A stretch of 32,269 nt of DNA from Thermoanaerobaculia bacterium (GCA_035603315.1 DATNKQ010000484.1:1-32269); one strand, 5' to 3'. Shown: positions 1 to 8,646, counted from the first letter of the stretch. The notes: generated from the sequence alone by a model not told the origin. Numbers and translations are program-made.

Positions 1-47
1 CTCTCTTGGCAGCGGTCGTCCTCATCTATAGCCTCTTCTACCTCGGC
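1..47 (+). repeat. Exact 47-bp direct repeat, copy 1 (identical to 472-518), flush with the window edge
   Basis: Base-by-base comparison: ctctcttggcagcggtcgtcctcatctatagcctcttctacctcggc occurs at 1-47 and at 472-518. The next base differs (g vs t). Confidence 0.95.
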
Positions 48-1379
48 GCCGGCATCCGCTTCGACGTCGCTCCGCTCGCCTTCTACTGGCAGCTCGTGGA
101 CCCGGCTCTCCTGCGGACCGAGCTCTGGCGGAGCGTCCTCCACCTCCATTCCCAGCCGCCGCTCTTCAATCTCTTCCTGGGTGGCGTCCTTCAGCTTCCG
201 GCGGCCTGGCAGGCGACGGTCTTCCGCCTCGTCTATCTCGGACTGGGCCTCGCGCTCGGCGCCTCCCTCCTGGCGCTCCAGGCTCGGCTCGGCGTCGGAC
301 GGCGGCCGCGGCTGCTGCTGACGGCGCTCCTCGTGTGCTCGCCCGCCTGCGTCCTGACCGAGAACCAGCTCTTCTACACCTATCCGGTGATGGCGGCCCT
401 CGCCGCCTCCGGCCTCTACCTCCATCGCTTCCTCGACCGCCGCAGGCTGGTCGACGGCCTCGTCTTCTTCTCTCTCTTGGCAGCGGTCGTCCTCATCTAT
501 AGCCTCTTCTACCTCGGCTGGCTGCTGAGCGTGGCCCTCGCCGTAGGCTGGCTGGCGCACAGGCTGCGCCGGAAAGTGGCGGCGGCCGCCGCCCTGCCGG
601 TCCTCCTCTGCCTCCTCTGGTACGCGCGCGGATACGCTCTCTTCGGCAGCCTCTCCGCCAGCAGCTGGCTGGGCATGAGCCTGGCGCAGACGGTCACCCG
701 GCTGATCCCGCCGGCCGAGCGCTGCGGACTGTTCGCCGAGGACCCGGCCGAGGCGATCCTCGGCGTCCCGCCCTTTTCCCCGCTCGCCGCCTACGCCGGC
801 CGGGTGCCCCTGCCGCCGGTAACGGGTGTCGCCGTCCTCGACGAGCCCTTCAAGAGCACCGGCGCCCCCAACTTCCACCATCTGGCCTACGTCGGCATCG
901 GCCGCGCGTACGCCCGAGGGGCGCTGGCCCTCATCCGCCGCCATCCGACTCTCTACTTGCGCGCCGTGGCCGCCGCCCATCTCGTCTACTTCCGCTCCCC
1001 CGCCGACAGCGCCTGGCTGGGCGAGAACCGCCGGCGGATCGCAGGTTTCAGCCGCTGGTTCGATCGTCTCGTCTACGGCCAGTGGGAAGCGTTTCAGGGC
1101 CGTTTCGGGCCGCGGTGCGTGGCCTGGGTCCCCCTGCTCCTCTTCCCGCTCCTCCTCGTCTCCGCCGGCCGGCGGGCCTTCCAGGGCCTGCGCCGGCATG
1201 ACGACCTGGCGTCGTCCCTGACGATCGCCTTCATCGTCTTCACCATCCTCTACGTGACCGCCGTCGGCAACCTCGTCGAGCTCGGCGAGAACAACCGCTT
1301 CCGCCTCCTCGTCGAGCCGTTCCTATTCATTCTCTTCGGCCTCCTCCTTCCGCTACGATCCTCGCGGTGGACAACGTAG
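1..1379 (+). CDS. Polytopic membrane protein, GT-C / PMT_2-like glycosyltransferase candidate; 5' end probably outside the window
   Basis: The frame is open from base 1; track ORF 6..1379 merely starts at an internal TTG. Many hydrophobic helices are present (LIYSLFYLG, LVYLGLGLALGASLLAL, VPLLLFPLLLV, AFIVFTILYV). Stop TAG is at 1377-1379. The family call rests on overall architecture only; no catalytic motif was verified. Confidence 0.55.
   Translation, partial: LLAAVVLIYSLFYLGAGIRFDVAPLAFYWQLVDPALLRTELWRSVLHLHSQPPLFNLFLGGVLQLPAAWQATVFRLVYLGLGLALGASLLALQARLGVGRRPRLLLTALLVCSPACVLTENQLFYTYPVMAALAASGLYLHRFLDRRRLVDGLVFFSLLAAVVLIYSLFYLGWLLSVALAVGWLAHRLRRKVAAAAALPVLLCLLWYARGYALFGSLSASSWLGMSLAQTVTRLIPPAERCGLFAEDPAEAILGVPPFSPLAAYAGRVPLPPVTGVAVLDEPFKSTGAPNFHHLAYVGIGRAYARGALALIRRHPTLYLRAVAAAHLVYFRSPADSAWLGENRRRIAGFSRWFDRLVYGQWEAFQGRFGPRCVAWVPLLLFPLLLVSAGRRAFQGLRRHDDLASSLTIAFIVFTILYVTAVGNLVELGENNRFRLLVEPFLFILFGLLLPLRSSRWTT
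472..518 (+). repeat. Exact 47-bp direct repeat, copy 2
   Basis: Identical to 1-47. The offset is 471 bp = 157 codons, so both copies encode SLLAAVVLIYSLFYLG in the same frame. Confidence 0.95.
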
Positions 1380-3127
1380 CGATCGCCCGCGTGCTCGAAG
1401 AGGTGGCGGACGTGCTGGAGATCCAGGACGCCAACCCCTTCCGCATCCGCGCCTACCGCAACGCCGTGCGCACCGTCGAGACGCAGACCGTCCCCCTGGA
1501 GCGCCTGGTCGCCGAGGGCGCGCCGCTGACGCGCCTGGCCGGGATCGGCAAGGAGATGGAGAGCCACATCCGCGAGATGGTGACAACCGGCACCCTCGCC
1601 TACCGCGACGAGCTGCTGGCGGCGGTGCCGCGGTCGCTCCTCACCCTCATGCGGCTGCCCGGGGTCGGGCCGAAGAAGGCGAAGCGGCTCTTCGACGAGC
1701 TGGGGGTGGGCTCGGTGGACGAGCTCGAGGAGGCCGCGAAAGCGGGCCGGGTGGCGACGCTTCCGGGCTTCGGCGCCAAGAGCCAGACGAAGATCCTGGC
1801 TGGCATCGCCGAGTACCGGCAGCATGCCGGGCGCACCCTCTTGGCCGAGGCCGAGCGCCACGTCGAGCCGCTCCTCGCCTATCTCCGTCAGGCGCCCGGG
1901 ATCGAGCGGCTGGAGGTTGCCGGCAGCTACCGGCGGCGGCTGGAGACGATCGGCGACGTCGACCTGCTGGCCACCGCCTCCGAGCCGGGGCCGGTCATGG
2001 AGCGCTTCCTCCACTACCCGCAGGTCGACCAAGTGCTGATGTCCGGTGGGACGCGTAGCTCGATCACGCTGGGCTCCGGCCTCCAGGTGGACCTGCGGGT
2101 GGTGCCGCCCGAGTGTTACGGGGCGGCCCTCCTCTACTTCACCGGCGCCAAGGAGCACAACGTGAAGCTGCGGCGGCGGGCCGTCGAGCGCGGCCTCCGC
2201 ATCTCGGAGTACGGGGTCTTCCGCCTGCCGCCCGGCACGGCGGAGACCGGAGCCGAGGCGCCGCGGCAGGAGGCGGGCGAGCGTCTGGCCGGGCGTGAGG
2301 AGGAGGACGTCTACGCCGCCGTCGGCCTCTCCTTCATCCCTCCGGAGCTGCGCGAGGACCACGGGGAGATCGAGGCCGCGGCGAGCGGGAAGCTGCCGCG
2401 GCTCATCGAGCTCGCCGACCTCCGCGGCGACCTGCAGATGCACTCCACCTGGTCGGACGGCCGCAACACGCTGGAGGAGATGGTCACCGCCTGCGCCGCG
2501 CGCGGCTACGAGTACATGGCGATCACCGACCACAGCAAGGCGCTGGCGATGGTGCAGGGGCTGGACGCCGCTCGCCTGCGCGAGCAGTGGAAGGAGATCG
2601 ACGAGATCCGCGCGCGCCACCCGGAGATCCGGCTCCTGCGCAGCATGGAAATCGACATCCTGGCCGACGGCAGCCTCGACCTCGAGGAGGAGATGCTCGC
2701 CGGCCTTGACCTCGTCGTGGTGTCGATCCACTCGCGCTTCGAGCTGCCGGCGGCGGAGCAGACGGCCCGCGTCCTCGCCGCCCTGAGGCATCCGGAGGTC
2801 GACGTCCTCGCGCATCCCACGGGGCGCCTCATCAACCGCCGCAAGCCGATCGAGCTCGACGTCGAAGCCGTGCTCGCGGAGGCCGCCCGGCGGGGCGTCG
2901 CGGTGGAGCTCAACGCCAGCCCCGACCGGCTCGACCTCAAGGACGTCCACCTCCGCCTGGCCCGCGAGCTGGGAGTCCGGATCGTCATCAGCACCGACGC
3001 CCATCGCACCTCCGAGCTCGACAACCTGCGCCGCGGCGTCGAGCAGGCGCGCCGCGCCGGCCTCGTGGCCGGCGACGTGCTGAACACGCTGCCGCTCGAC
3101 CGTTTCCTGGAAGCGATCCGGAGGTAG
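1367..3127 (+). CDS. polX: DNA polymerase / 3'-5' exonuclease PolX (family X polymerase plus PHP domain)
   Basis: HhH motifs are present (LAGIGKEM, LPGVGPKKAKRL, LPGFGAKS). The Pol-beta nucleotidyltransferase motif is AGSYRRRLETIGDVDLL. The C-terminal PHP domain shows LQMHSTWSDG, ITDHS, SIHS and ISTDAH. The GTG start overlaps the upstream stop by 13 nt. Confidence 0.93.
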   Translation: MDNVAIARVLEEVADVLEIQDANPFRIRAYRNAVRTVETQTVPLERLVAEGAPLTRLAGIGKEMESHIREMVTTGTLAYRDELLAAVPRSLLTLMRLPGVGPKKAKRLFDELGVGSVDELEEAAKAGRVATLPGFGAKSQTKILAGIAEYRQHAGRTLLAEAERHVEPLLAYLRQAPGIERLEVAGSYRRRLETIGDVDLLATASEPGPVMERFLHYPQVDQVLMSGGTRSSITLGSGLQVDLRVVPPECYGAALLYFTGAKEHNVKLRRRAVERGLRISEYGVFRLPPGTAETGAEAPRQEAGERLAGREEEDVYAAVGLSFIPPELREDHGEIEAAASGKLPRLIELADLRGDLQMHSTWSDGRNTLEEMVTACAARGYEYMAITDHSKALAMVQGLDAARLREQWKEIDEIRARHPEIRLLRSMEIDILADGSLDLEEEMLAGLDLVVVSIHSRFELPAAEQTARVLAALRHPEVDVLAHPTGRLINRRKPIELDVEAVLAEAARRGVAVELNASPDRLDLKDVHLRLARELGVRIVISTDAHRTSELDNLRRGVEQARRAGLVAGDVLNTLPLDRFLEAIRR

Positions 3128-3242
3128 GCGGGGCGGAAAACTTCCTGCCCGCCGCCGCGTAGAGAGCCTCTGCGCTAGACTAGCGCGTCGCGTCCGACCG
3201 CCGATCCGGCTCGAGGCCAACGCTCGTTCGAGGTGCCGCTCG

Positions 3243-4790
3243 ATGATCCGCAAGCTCGCCCCCATGATTTGGTTCCTCGCCGCCCTGCCGGTCCTGGGGC
3301 AGGACCTCCGGTCCTTCGAGGCGAAGACGACGGTCCACGTGCTGGCGAACGGCTGGACCTTCTTGATCGTCGAGCGGCGGGAGGCGCCGGTCTTCTCCTT
3401 CGCCACCATCGCCGACGTCGGCTCGGCGCAGGAGGTGAGCGGCATCACCGGGCTGGCCCACATGTTCGAGCATATGGCGTTCAAGGGCACGGAGAACATC
3501 GGCACCTCCAACTACCCCGAAGAGAAGAAGGCGCTGGATGCCCTCGAGACGGCCTATCAGGCTTACACGACCGAGCGCCTCTCCGCCCATCCCGACGCCA
3601 AGAAGGTGGAGCGGCTGCTCGCCGAGTTCAAGGCCAGGCAGGCGGAGGCCGACCGCTACGTGGTCAAGAACGAGTTCGACGACATCCTGAACCGCGAGGG
3701 CGGAGTCGGGCTCAACGCCTCGACGGGCGCCGACGTCACCCAGTACTTCTACTCGCTGCCCGCCAACAAGACGGAGCTCTTCGCCTTCCTCGAGTCCGAA
3801 CGCTTCTTCCACCCCGTCTTTCGCGAGTTCTACGAAGAGCGCGACGTGGTGCAGGAGGAGCGCCGGATGAGCCTCGAGAGCCGGCCGATCGGGCGCCTCG
3901 TCGAGCAGTTCCAGACCACCTCCTTCGAAGCCCACCCGTACCACCACCCGACCCTCGGCTGGGTGAGCGACCTGGAGTCCTTCTCCCGCACCGACGCCGA
4001 GCGCTTCTTCCAGGCCTACTACGCGCCGGCGAACCTGGTGACGGCGATCGTCGGCGACGTCCACGCCAAGGAGCTGATCCCCGTTCTGGAGACCTACTTC
4101 GGCCGCATCCCGGCGCGGCCGAAGCCGGCGCCCCTGCGCACCGTCGAGCCGCCGCAAGTGGCCGAGAAGACCGTCGTCCTCACGGACCCCGCGCAGCCCA
4201 TCTACCTCGAGGCCTACCACAAGCCGGCGCACACCGATCCCGAGCAGGCCGTCTACGAGGCCATCGACGACATCCTGTCGAACGGCCGCACCTCGCGGCT
4301 CTACCGCGCCCTCGTGCGCGACCAGAAGATCGCCATCCAGGTGCAGTCCTTCTCCGGCTTCCCGGGGGAGAAGTACCCCAACCTCTGGGCCGTGTTCGCC
4401 ATCCCCGCCGTGGGCGTGACCAACGACAAGGTGCAGGCATCGATCCGCACCGAGATCGAGCGTCTCAAGCGCGAGGAGGTCAGCGACGAGGAGCTGGCGC
4501 GCTTCAAGACGCGGGCCAAGGCCGAGCTGGTGCGCTCGCTGCGCAGCAATCAGGGGATCGCCGACCAGATCGCCAACGCCCAGCGGCTCTACGGCGACTG
4601 GCGCGAGCTGTTCAGGAACATCGATCGCTACGACCGGGTGAGCAAGGCCGACATCCGCCGGGTGGCCGAGCGGACCTTCCAGGCGACCAACCGCACGGTG
4701 ACGATGATCGTCACCGCGCCCGCCGCGGCGCCCGCCGCCCCGGCGGCGGACGGCCAGCCGGCACATCCGCCGGCGCCGGGGGCGCGATGA
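3243..4790 (+). CDS. M16 (pitrilysin/insulinase) family zinc metallopeptidase, catalytic subunit
   Basis: HxxEH zinc motif HMFEHMAFKGT. Signal-like N-terminus MIWFLAALPVLG. GAGGTG lies 8 nt upstream of the ATG. Confidence 0.9.
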   Translation: MIRKLAPMIWFLAALPVLGQDLRSFEAKTTVHVLANGWTFLIVERREAPVFSFATIADVGSAQEVSGITGLAHMFEHMAFKGTENIGTSNYPEEKKALDALETAYQAYTTERLSAHPDAKKVERLLAEFKARQAEADRYVVKNEFDDILNREGGVGLNASTGADVTQYFYSLPANKTELFAFLESERFFHPVFREFYEERDVVQEERRMSLESRPIGRLVEQFQTTSFEAHPYHHPTLGWVSDLESFSRTDAERFFQAYYAPANLVTAIVGDVHAKELIPVLETYFGRIPARPKPAPLRTVEPPQVAEKTVVLTDPAQPIYLEAYHKPAHTDPEQAVYEAIDDILSNGRTSRLYRALVRDQKIAIQVQSFSGFPGEKYPNLWAVFAIPAVGVTNDKVQASIRTEIERLKREEVSDEELARFKTRAKAELVRSLRSNQGIADQIANAQRLYGDWRELFRNIDRYDRVSKADIRRVAERTFQATNRTVTMIVTAPAAAPAAPAADGQPAHPPAPGAR

Positions 4791-6319
4791 GCACGAGGGG
4801 AGACGAGGGCACCGAGATGCAGACGACGGACGATCGCTCGCGCGGCTTCCTGGGGCGCGGAAAAACCTTGCTCGCAAGCATCGCCGGCTTGAGCCTGGCG
4901 CTCCTCCTTCCCGCCGCCTCGGCGGCGCAGGTCAAGAGCGCCGGCCAGCTCCACTACCCGCCGCTCCCCGCCTTCGCCATCCCGCAGCCCGAGCGCATCG
5001 TGCTCGACAACGGCATGGTAGTGATGCTCCTCGAGGACCACGAGCTGCCTCTCGTCGACGCCGTCGCCCTCATCCACACCGGCGCCCGCCTGGAGCCGGC
5101 CGAGAAGGCCGGCCTGGCCGAGCTGACGGGGAGGGTCCTGCGGACAGGCGGCACCTCGATGATGACCGGCGACCAGCTCGACGACTACCTTGAGGGCAAG
5201 GCGGCGGTGATCGAGACGTCGATCGACGAGGACTCGGGCAGGGCCACCATGAGCTCGCTCAAGGCCGACTTCCCGCAGGTGCTCAAGGTCTTCGCCGACG
5301 TGCTCCGCCACCCGGTCTTCACCGAGCCGAAGATCCAGGTGGCGAAGAACCGGATGCGGGCGGAGGTGGCGCGCCAGAACGACGAGCCGGACGACATCGT
5401 CTTCCGCGAGTTCGCCAAGGTGGTCTACGGCAAGGACTCTCCCTACGCGCGGACGCCGACATTCGCCAGCCTCGGCAGGATCGAGCGCCGCGACCTGGTG
5501 GCCTGGCACGAGACCTACTACCACCCGGAGCGCGTCGTCCTCGGCCTGACCGGCGATTTCCGGCGCGACGAGGCGCTCAAGCTCGTCCGCGAAGCCTTCG
5601 GCGACTGGCCGCGCGGCGCCGCCGTCCCTACGGTCGACGTCCCCTACCGCAAGGAGCCGGCGCCCGGGGTCTACTACGCCGAGAAAAACGACATGACGCA
5701 GTCGGACGTCATCATGGGCGGCCTGGGGATCGTCCGCAACAACCCCGACTTCTTCGCCGTCGAGGTGATGAACCACGTGCTGTCGGGCGGCTTCGCCTCG
5801 CGTCTGTTCGCCAACGTGCGCTCCAAGAAGGCCTTGGCTTATGCCGTCTTCGGGCAGGTGGGAGACGGCTGGGATCACCCCGGCCTCACCTCCCTCTTCC
5901 TCACCACCAAGACGCAGACGACCGGCGCCGGCATCGAGGCCCTGCTGGTCGAGGCCCGCAACATGACGGCCGAGCCGCCCACCGACGACGAGGTGGCGAA
6001 GGCGCGGCAGGCGATCCTCAACTCCTTCGTCTTCAACTCCGACTCCAAGCGCAAGGTCCTCACCCAGCAGCTGCGCTTCGAGTACTTCGGCTATCCGCTG
6101 GACTGGCTCTCCCGCTATCGGGCGGGCGTCGAGGCGGTGACGACGGCGGAGGTCCGGGCGGTGGCGGCGAAGTACCTCCACCCCGACCAGTTCGCCATCC
6201 TCGTCGTCGGCCCCTCCAAGGGGACCGACAAGCCGCTTTCCACCTTCGGTCGGGTCATCCCCGTCGATCTCACGATCGCTCAGGCCCCGCATCCGGCCAC
6301 GCGGCCGGGTCACCCCTAG
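4787..6319 (+). CDS. M16 family peptidase-like protein lacking HxxEH (non-catalytic partner)
   Basis: ATGA start/stop overlap with the upstream M16 gene. Signal peptide LLASIAGLSLALLLPAASAAQ. It has the M16 look, but AELTGRVLRTG occupies the HxxEH position. This CDS is the C-terminal part of the track ORF 3233..6319. An alternative start is ATG 4817. Confidence 0.85.
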   Translation: MSTRGDEGTEMQTTDDRSRGFLGRGKTLLASIAGLSLALLLPAASAAQVKSAGQLHYPPLPAFAIPQPERIVLDNGMVVMLLEDHELPLVDAVALIHTGARLEPAEKAGLAELTGRVLRTGGTSMMTGDQLDDYLEGKAAVIETSIDEDSGRATMSSLKADFPQVLKVFADVLRHPVFTEPKIQVAKNRMRAEVARQNDEPDDIVFREFAKVVYGKDSPYARTPTFASLGRIERRDLVAWHETYYHPERVVLGLTGDFRRDEALKLVREAFGDWPRGAAVPTVDVPYRKEPAPGVYYAEKNDMTQSDVIMGGLGIVRNNPDFFAVEVMNHVLSGGFASRLFANVRSKKALAYAVFGQVGDGWDHPGLTSLFLTTKTQTTGAGIEALLVEARNMTAEPPTDDEVAKARQAILNSFVFNSDSKRKVLTQQLRFEYFGYPLDWLSRYRAGVEAVTTAEVRAVAAKYLHPDQFAILVVGPSKGTDKPLSTFGRVIPVDLTIAQAPHPATRPGHP

Positions 6320-6339
6320 GCCCCCCAGGTCCCTCGACG

Positions 6340-7401
6340 TCATCCGCGCGTCTCCTTGAGCAGGGCGACGACCCTGCTCTCCAGCTCCTGGAGACTCGCG
6401 GCCTCGTCCGATGCCGCGGCCATCGCTTTCCTCCCGGCTTTGAACAGCTTCCCCTCGCCATAGGCCGCGACGACGGCGGGGTGGATATAGAACTTGCGGC
6501 AGGTGGCCGGGCGGTTGCGCAGGGCATGGGCGACCTGCTTGACCGCTTCAACGACGTTCCTCATCGCCTCCTCCGCGGAGTGAAAGCGGTCCATGCGGGC
6601 GAGGGCGAAGAACGCCAGCACCGTTCCTCCCCAGGTGCGGAAGTCCTTGGCGGTGAAGTCCTGGCCGGCGACCTCGCGCAGATAGTCGTTGACGTCCTCC
6701 GAGCCGACGCCGCGCGACTCGCCATTCTCGTCGAGGTACTCGAAGAGCTCTTCCCCCGGTAGCTCCTGGCAGCGCTGGACGATGCGGGCAAGGCGGCGGT
6801 CCCGGACATCGACGCGGTGCCGGACGCCGCTCTTACCGCGAAAGTTGAAGCGGATCGTCGCGCCGGAAACGTCGACGTGCTCGCTGCGAAGGGTGGTCAA
6901 CCCATAGGAGCCGTTCTGGCGCGCGTACTCGTCATTGCCGACGCGGATGAGGGTCTCGTCCAGCAGCTTCACCACGGCGGCGAGCACCTTCTCGCGCGGC
7001 AGGCCCGGACGTCCGAGGTCTCCCTCGACGCGCTCGCGTATCGACGGCAGGGTCTCGGCGAAGGTGATCATGCGGTCGAACTTGGTCTCGTTGCGGGCCT
7101 GGCGCCAGTCGGGATGGTAGCGATACTGCTTGCGGCGCCGCGCATCCCGCCCCGTCGCCTGCAGGTGACCGTTGGGCCGCGGACAGATCCAGACGTCGGT
7201 CCAGGCTGGCGGGATGGCGAGCGACTGGATGCGGATCCTCTCTCGGGCGTCGCGGATGGCCTTTCCAGCAGGATCGAGATAGGTCCAACCGCTGCCGCGA
7301 CGGCGCCGCCGGATGCCTAGCATGGAGTCCCTCACGTAGCGCAGGCCGGCAGCTCGCGCGGTCTGCACGAGGTCGGGAGTCGTGAGGGTGGGATCGACCA
7401 T
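6340..7401 (-). CDS. Bacterial type IB DNA topoisomerase (poxvirus-like TopIB)
   Basis: This CDS is the C-terminal 354 codons of the track ORF 6340..9897. Family-typical segments: IPPAWTDVWICP, GRDARRRKQYRYH, LIRVGNDEYARQNGSYGLTTLR, FRGKSGV, TAKDFRTWGGT. The tyrosine motif CRKFYIHP is near the C-terminus. AGGAGGAGC lies directly before ATG 7401. Confidence 0.85.
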   Translation of the reverse strand: MVDPTLTTPDLVQTARAAGLRYVRDSMLGIRRRRRGSGWTYLDPAGKAIRDARERIRIQSLAIPPAWTDVWICPRPNGHLQATGRDARRRKQYRYHPDWRQARNETKFDRMITFAETLPSIRERVEGDLGRPGLPREKVLAAVVKLLDETLIRVGNDEYARQNGSYGLTTLRSEHVDVSGATIRFNFRGKSGVRHRVDVRDRRLARIVQRCQELPGEELFEYLDENGESRGVGSEDVNDYLREVAGQDFTAKDFRTWGGTVLAFFALARMDRFHSAEEAMRNVVEAVKQVAHALRNRPATCRKFYIHPAVVAAYGEGKLFKAGRKAMAAASDEAASLQELESRVVALLKETRG

Positions 7402-7540
7402 GCTCCTCCTGCCCATGCGGCTTGGCTTCCGCGGGTTTGTAAGAAGTACACGATCTCGGGCGGCCGTCTTCTCGACCGTCCGGAGACGGCTCCCGCTCCT
7501 TGCAGCGGTCGTGCCGTGGTCGGAGCGGGCATTCCGGCCA

Positions 7541-7556
7541 TGGCATACGACGTGCA
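7541..7556 (+). promoter_or_regulatory. Candidate sigma-54 (-24/-12) promoter for the kinase/activator pair
   Basis: TGGCATacgacGTGCA has GG and GC at the canonical 12-nt register, with two departures from TGGCAC-N5-TTGCA. It lies about 30 nt upstream of GGAGG (7573-7577) and ATG 7585. Confidence 0.4.
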
Positions 7557-7584
7557 CCGGGGAGGCGAGTCTGGAGGTCAAGCG

Positions 7585-8643
7585 ATGGTTGAAACGACGG
7601 ATGGGGAAGCGGAGGCTCACCCCGCGGCCGCGGAGCTGGAGCTGGCCGCGGCGCTCACGCCCGGCGTGCTGGTGCTCGAGGAGAGCGGCAGGGTGCTCTC
7701 CGCTGACGAGCAGGCCCTGCGCCTTCTGGAGGCCCAGGACTTGGGCGAGCTTGCGAGCCGGGGCGAGGAGATGCGATCGCTCCTCGCAGCCGCCACGGCG
7801 ACGACGGAGGGCCGGCCGTCGCTCGTGCCTACCGGCAGCGGTGGGCGGCAGCTGCTCTGCCAGTGGAGCCGCGGGGAGCGAGCCGGCGTCCGGATCCTGC
7901 TCGTGAGCGATCCGGAAGCTGCGCGCTCCCTGGCCGCCGACCTCCGGCTGGCCGCCCACCTGCGCGCGCTCTCCCAGATCTCCCCCGCGGTGGCGCACGA
8001 CCTGCGGGCGCCGATCAACGCCATGGTGTTCAACATCGAGATCCTCAAGGAGACGATCGCCGCCGGCAAGGCGATGGAACCGGCCGCGCGCGAGCGCCAG
8101 CTGCGCTACGTGGGGGTCCTGAAGGACGAGCTCGCCCGCCTCCACCAGGCGCTGGAGATCTTCCTCGCCCAGACCTCGGCGCGGGGCGACCGAACCGAGA
8201 CGCTGGACCTGCGAGAGGCGGTCGGGGAGCTCTCCGCCCTGCTGGTGCCGCCGGCGAGGAAGCTCCAGGTTCAGATCGCCTCCGCCCTGCCCGAACAGTC
8301 CGTCCCGGTCGCCGCGAACCGCTACTCGCTGCGCCAGGCGCTCCTCCAGGTGGGCCTGGCGGCCCTCCCCGGGGTGGCGCGCGGGGGCACTCTCGAAGTC
8401 CGGCTGGAGAGCCGTAACGGACGTGCCCTCCTGGCGATCGGCAGCTCGAACGGCGCGGAAAGAGCGCCCTCCCCGAGCTTCGACCTCCCAGTTGCCGGCG
8501 CCTACGATCCCTTGCGGCTGCAAAACGCCCGCGCGATCCTCGTGGAGCAGGGATGCGCGCTGCGGACCGCCCAAGGCGCCGGCGGCTTTGAGGTAGAATG
8601 GCCGGTCTCGGGAAAGGACGTACCGGTTTCGGGAAAGGATTGA
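7585..8643 (+). CDS. Cytoplasmic PAS-like + DHp sensor histidine kinase-like protein with a degenerate ATP-binding (CA) domain
   Basis: H-box SPAVAHDLRAPINAM, with the His codon at 7996-7998. PAS-like N-terminus (GVLVLEESGRVLSADEQALRLL). No TM segment. The start was chosen at ATG 7585 (GGAGG 7 nt upstream); the track start is GTG 7516. No N, G1 or G2 box is recognisable (see findings). Confidence 0.75.
   Translation: MVETTDGEAEAHPAAAELELAAALTPGVLVLEESGRVLSADEQALRLLEAQDLGELASRGEEMRSLLAAATATTEGRPSLVPTGSGGRQLLCQWSRGERAGVRILLVSDPEAARSLAADLRLAAHLRALSQISPAVAHDLRAPINAMVFNIEILKETIAAGKAMEPAARERQLRYVGVLKDELARLHQALEIFLAQTSARGDRTETLDLREAVGELSALLVPPARKLQVQIASALPEQSVPVAANRYSLRQALLQVGLAALPGVARGGTLEVRLESRNGRALLAIGSSNGAERAPSPSFDLPVAGAYDPLRLQNARAILVEQGCALRTAQGAGGFEVEWPVSGKDVPVSGKD
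8602..8643 (+). repeat. Imperfect 21-bp tandem duplication (x2) at the 3' end of the kinase gene
   Basis: ccggtctcgggaaaggacgta / ccggtttcgggaaaggattga match at 17 of 21 positions. They encode PVSGKDV-PVSGKD-stop. Confidence 0.8.
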
Positions 8644-8646
8644 GGA

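Noticed and set aside
3172-3186. 15-bp palindrome GCGCTAGaCTAGCGC between polX and the M16 operon
   Set aside because: It is short and isolated, with no second copy in the window. It may be an operator, but nothing in the sequence supports a specific call.
1250-3511. 753-aa ORF on the minus strand opposite polX
   Set aside because: Its translation is Arg/Ala/Gly/Pro-rich with no motifs, and it lies antisense to a gene with unmistakable PolX/PHP motifs. This is the typical long open off-frame of very GC-rich DNA.
3180-6343. Minus-strand ORFs 3180..4877 and 4628..6343, and the N-terminal 518 codons of the + ORF 3233..6319
   Set aside because: They are antisense or out of frame to the two M16 peptidase genes. 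Their composition is low-complexity R/G/P/A/E-rich, with no start context. Only the part of 3233..6319 from ATG 4787 onward is real.
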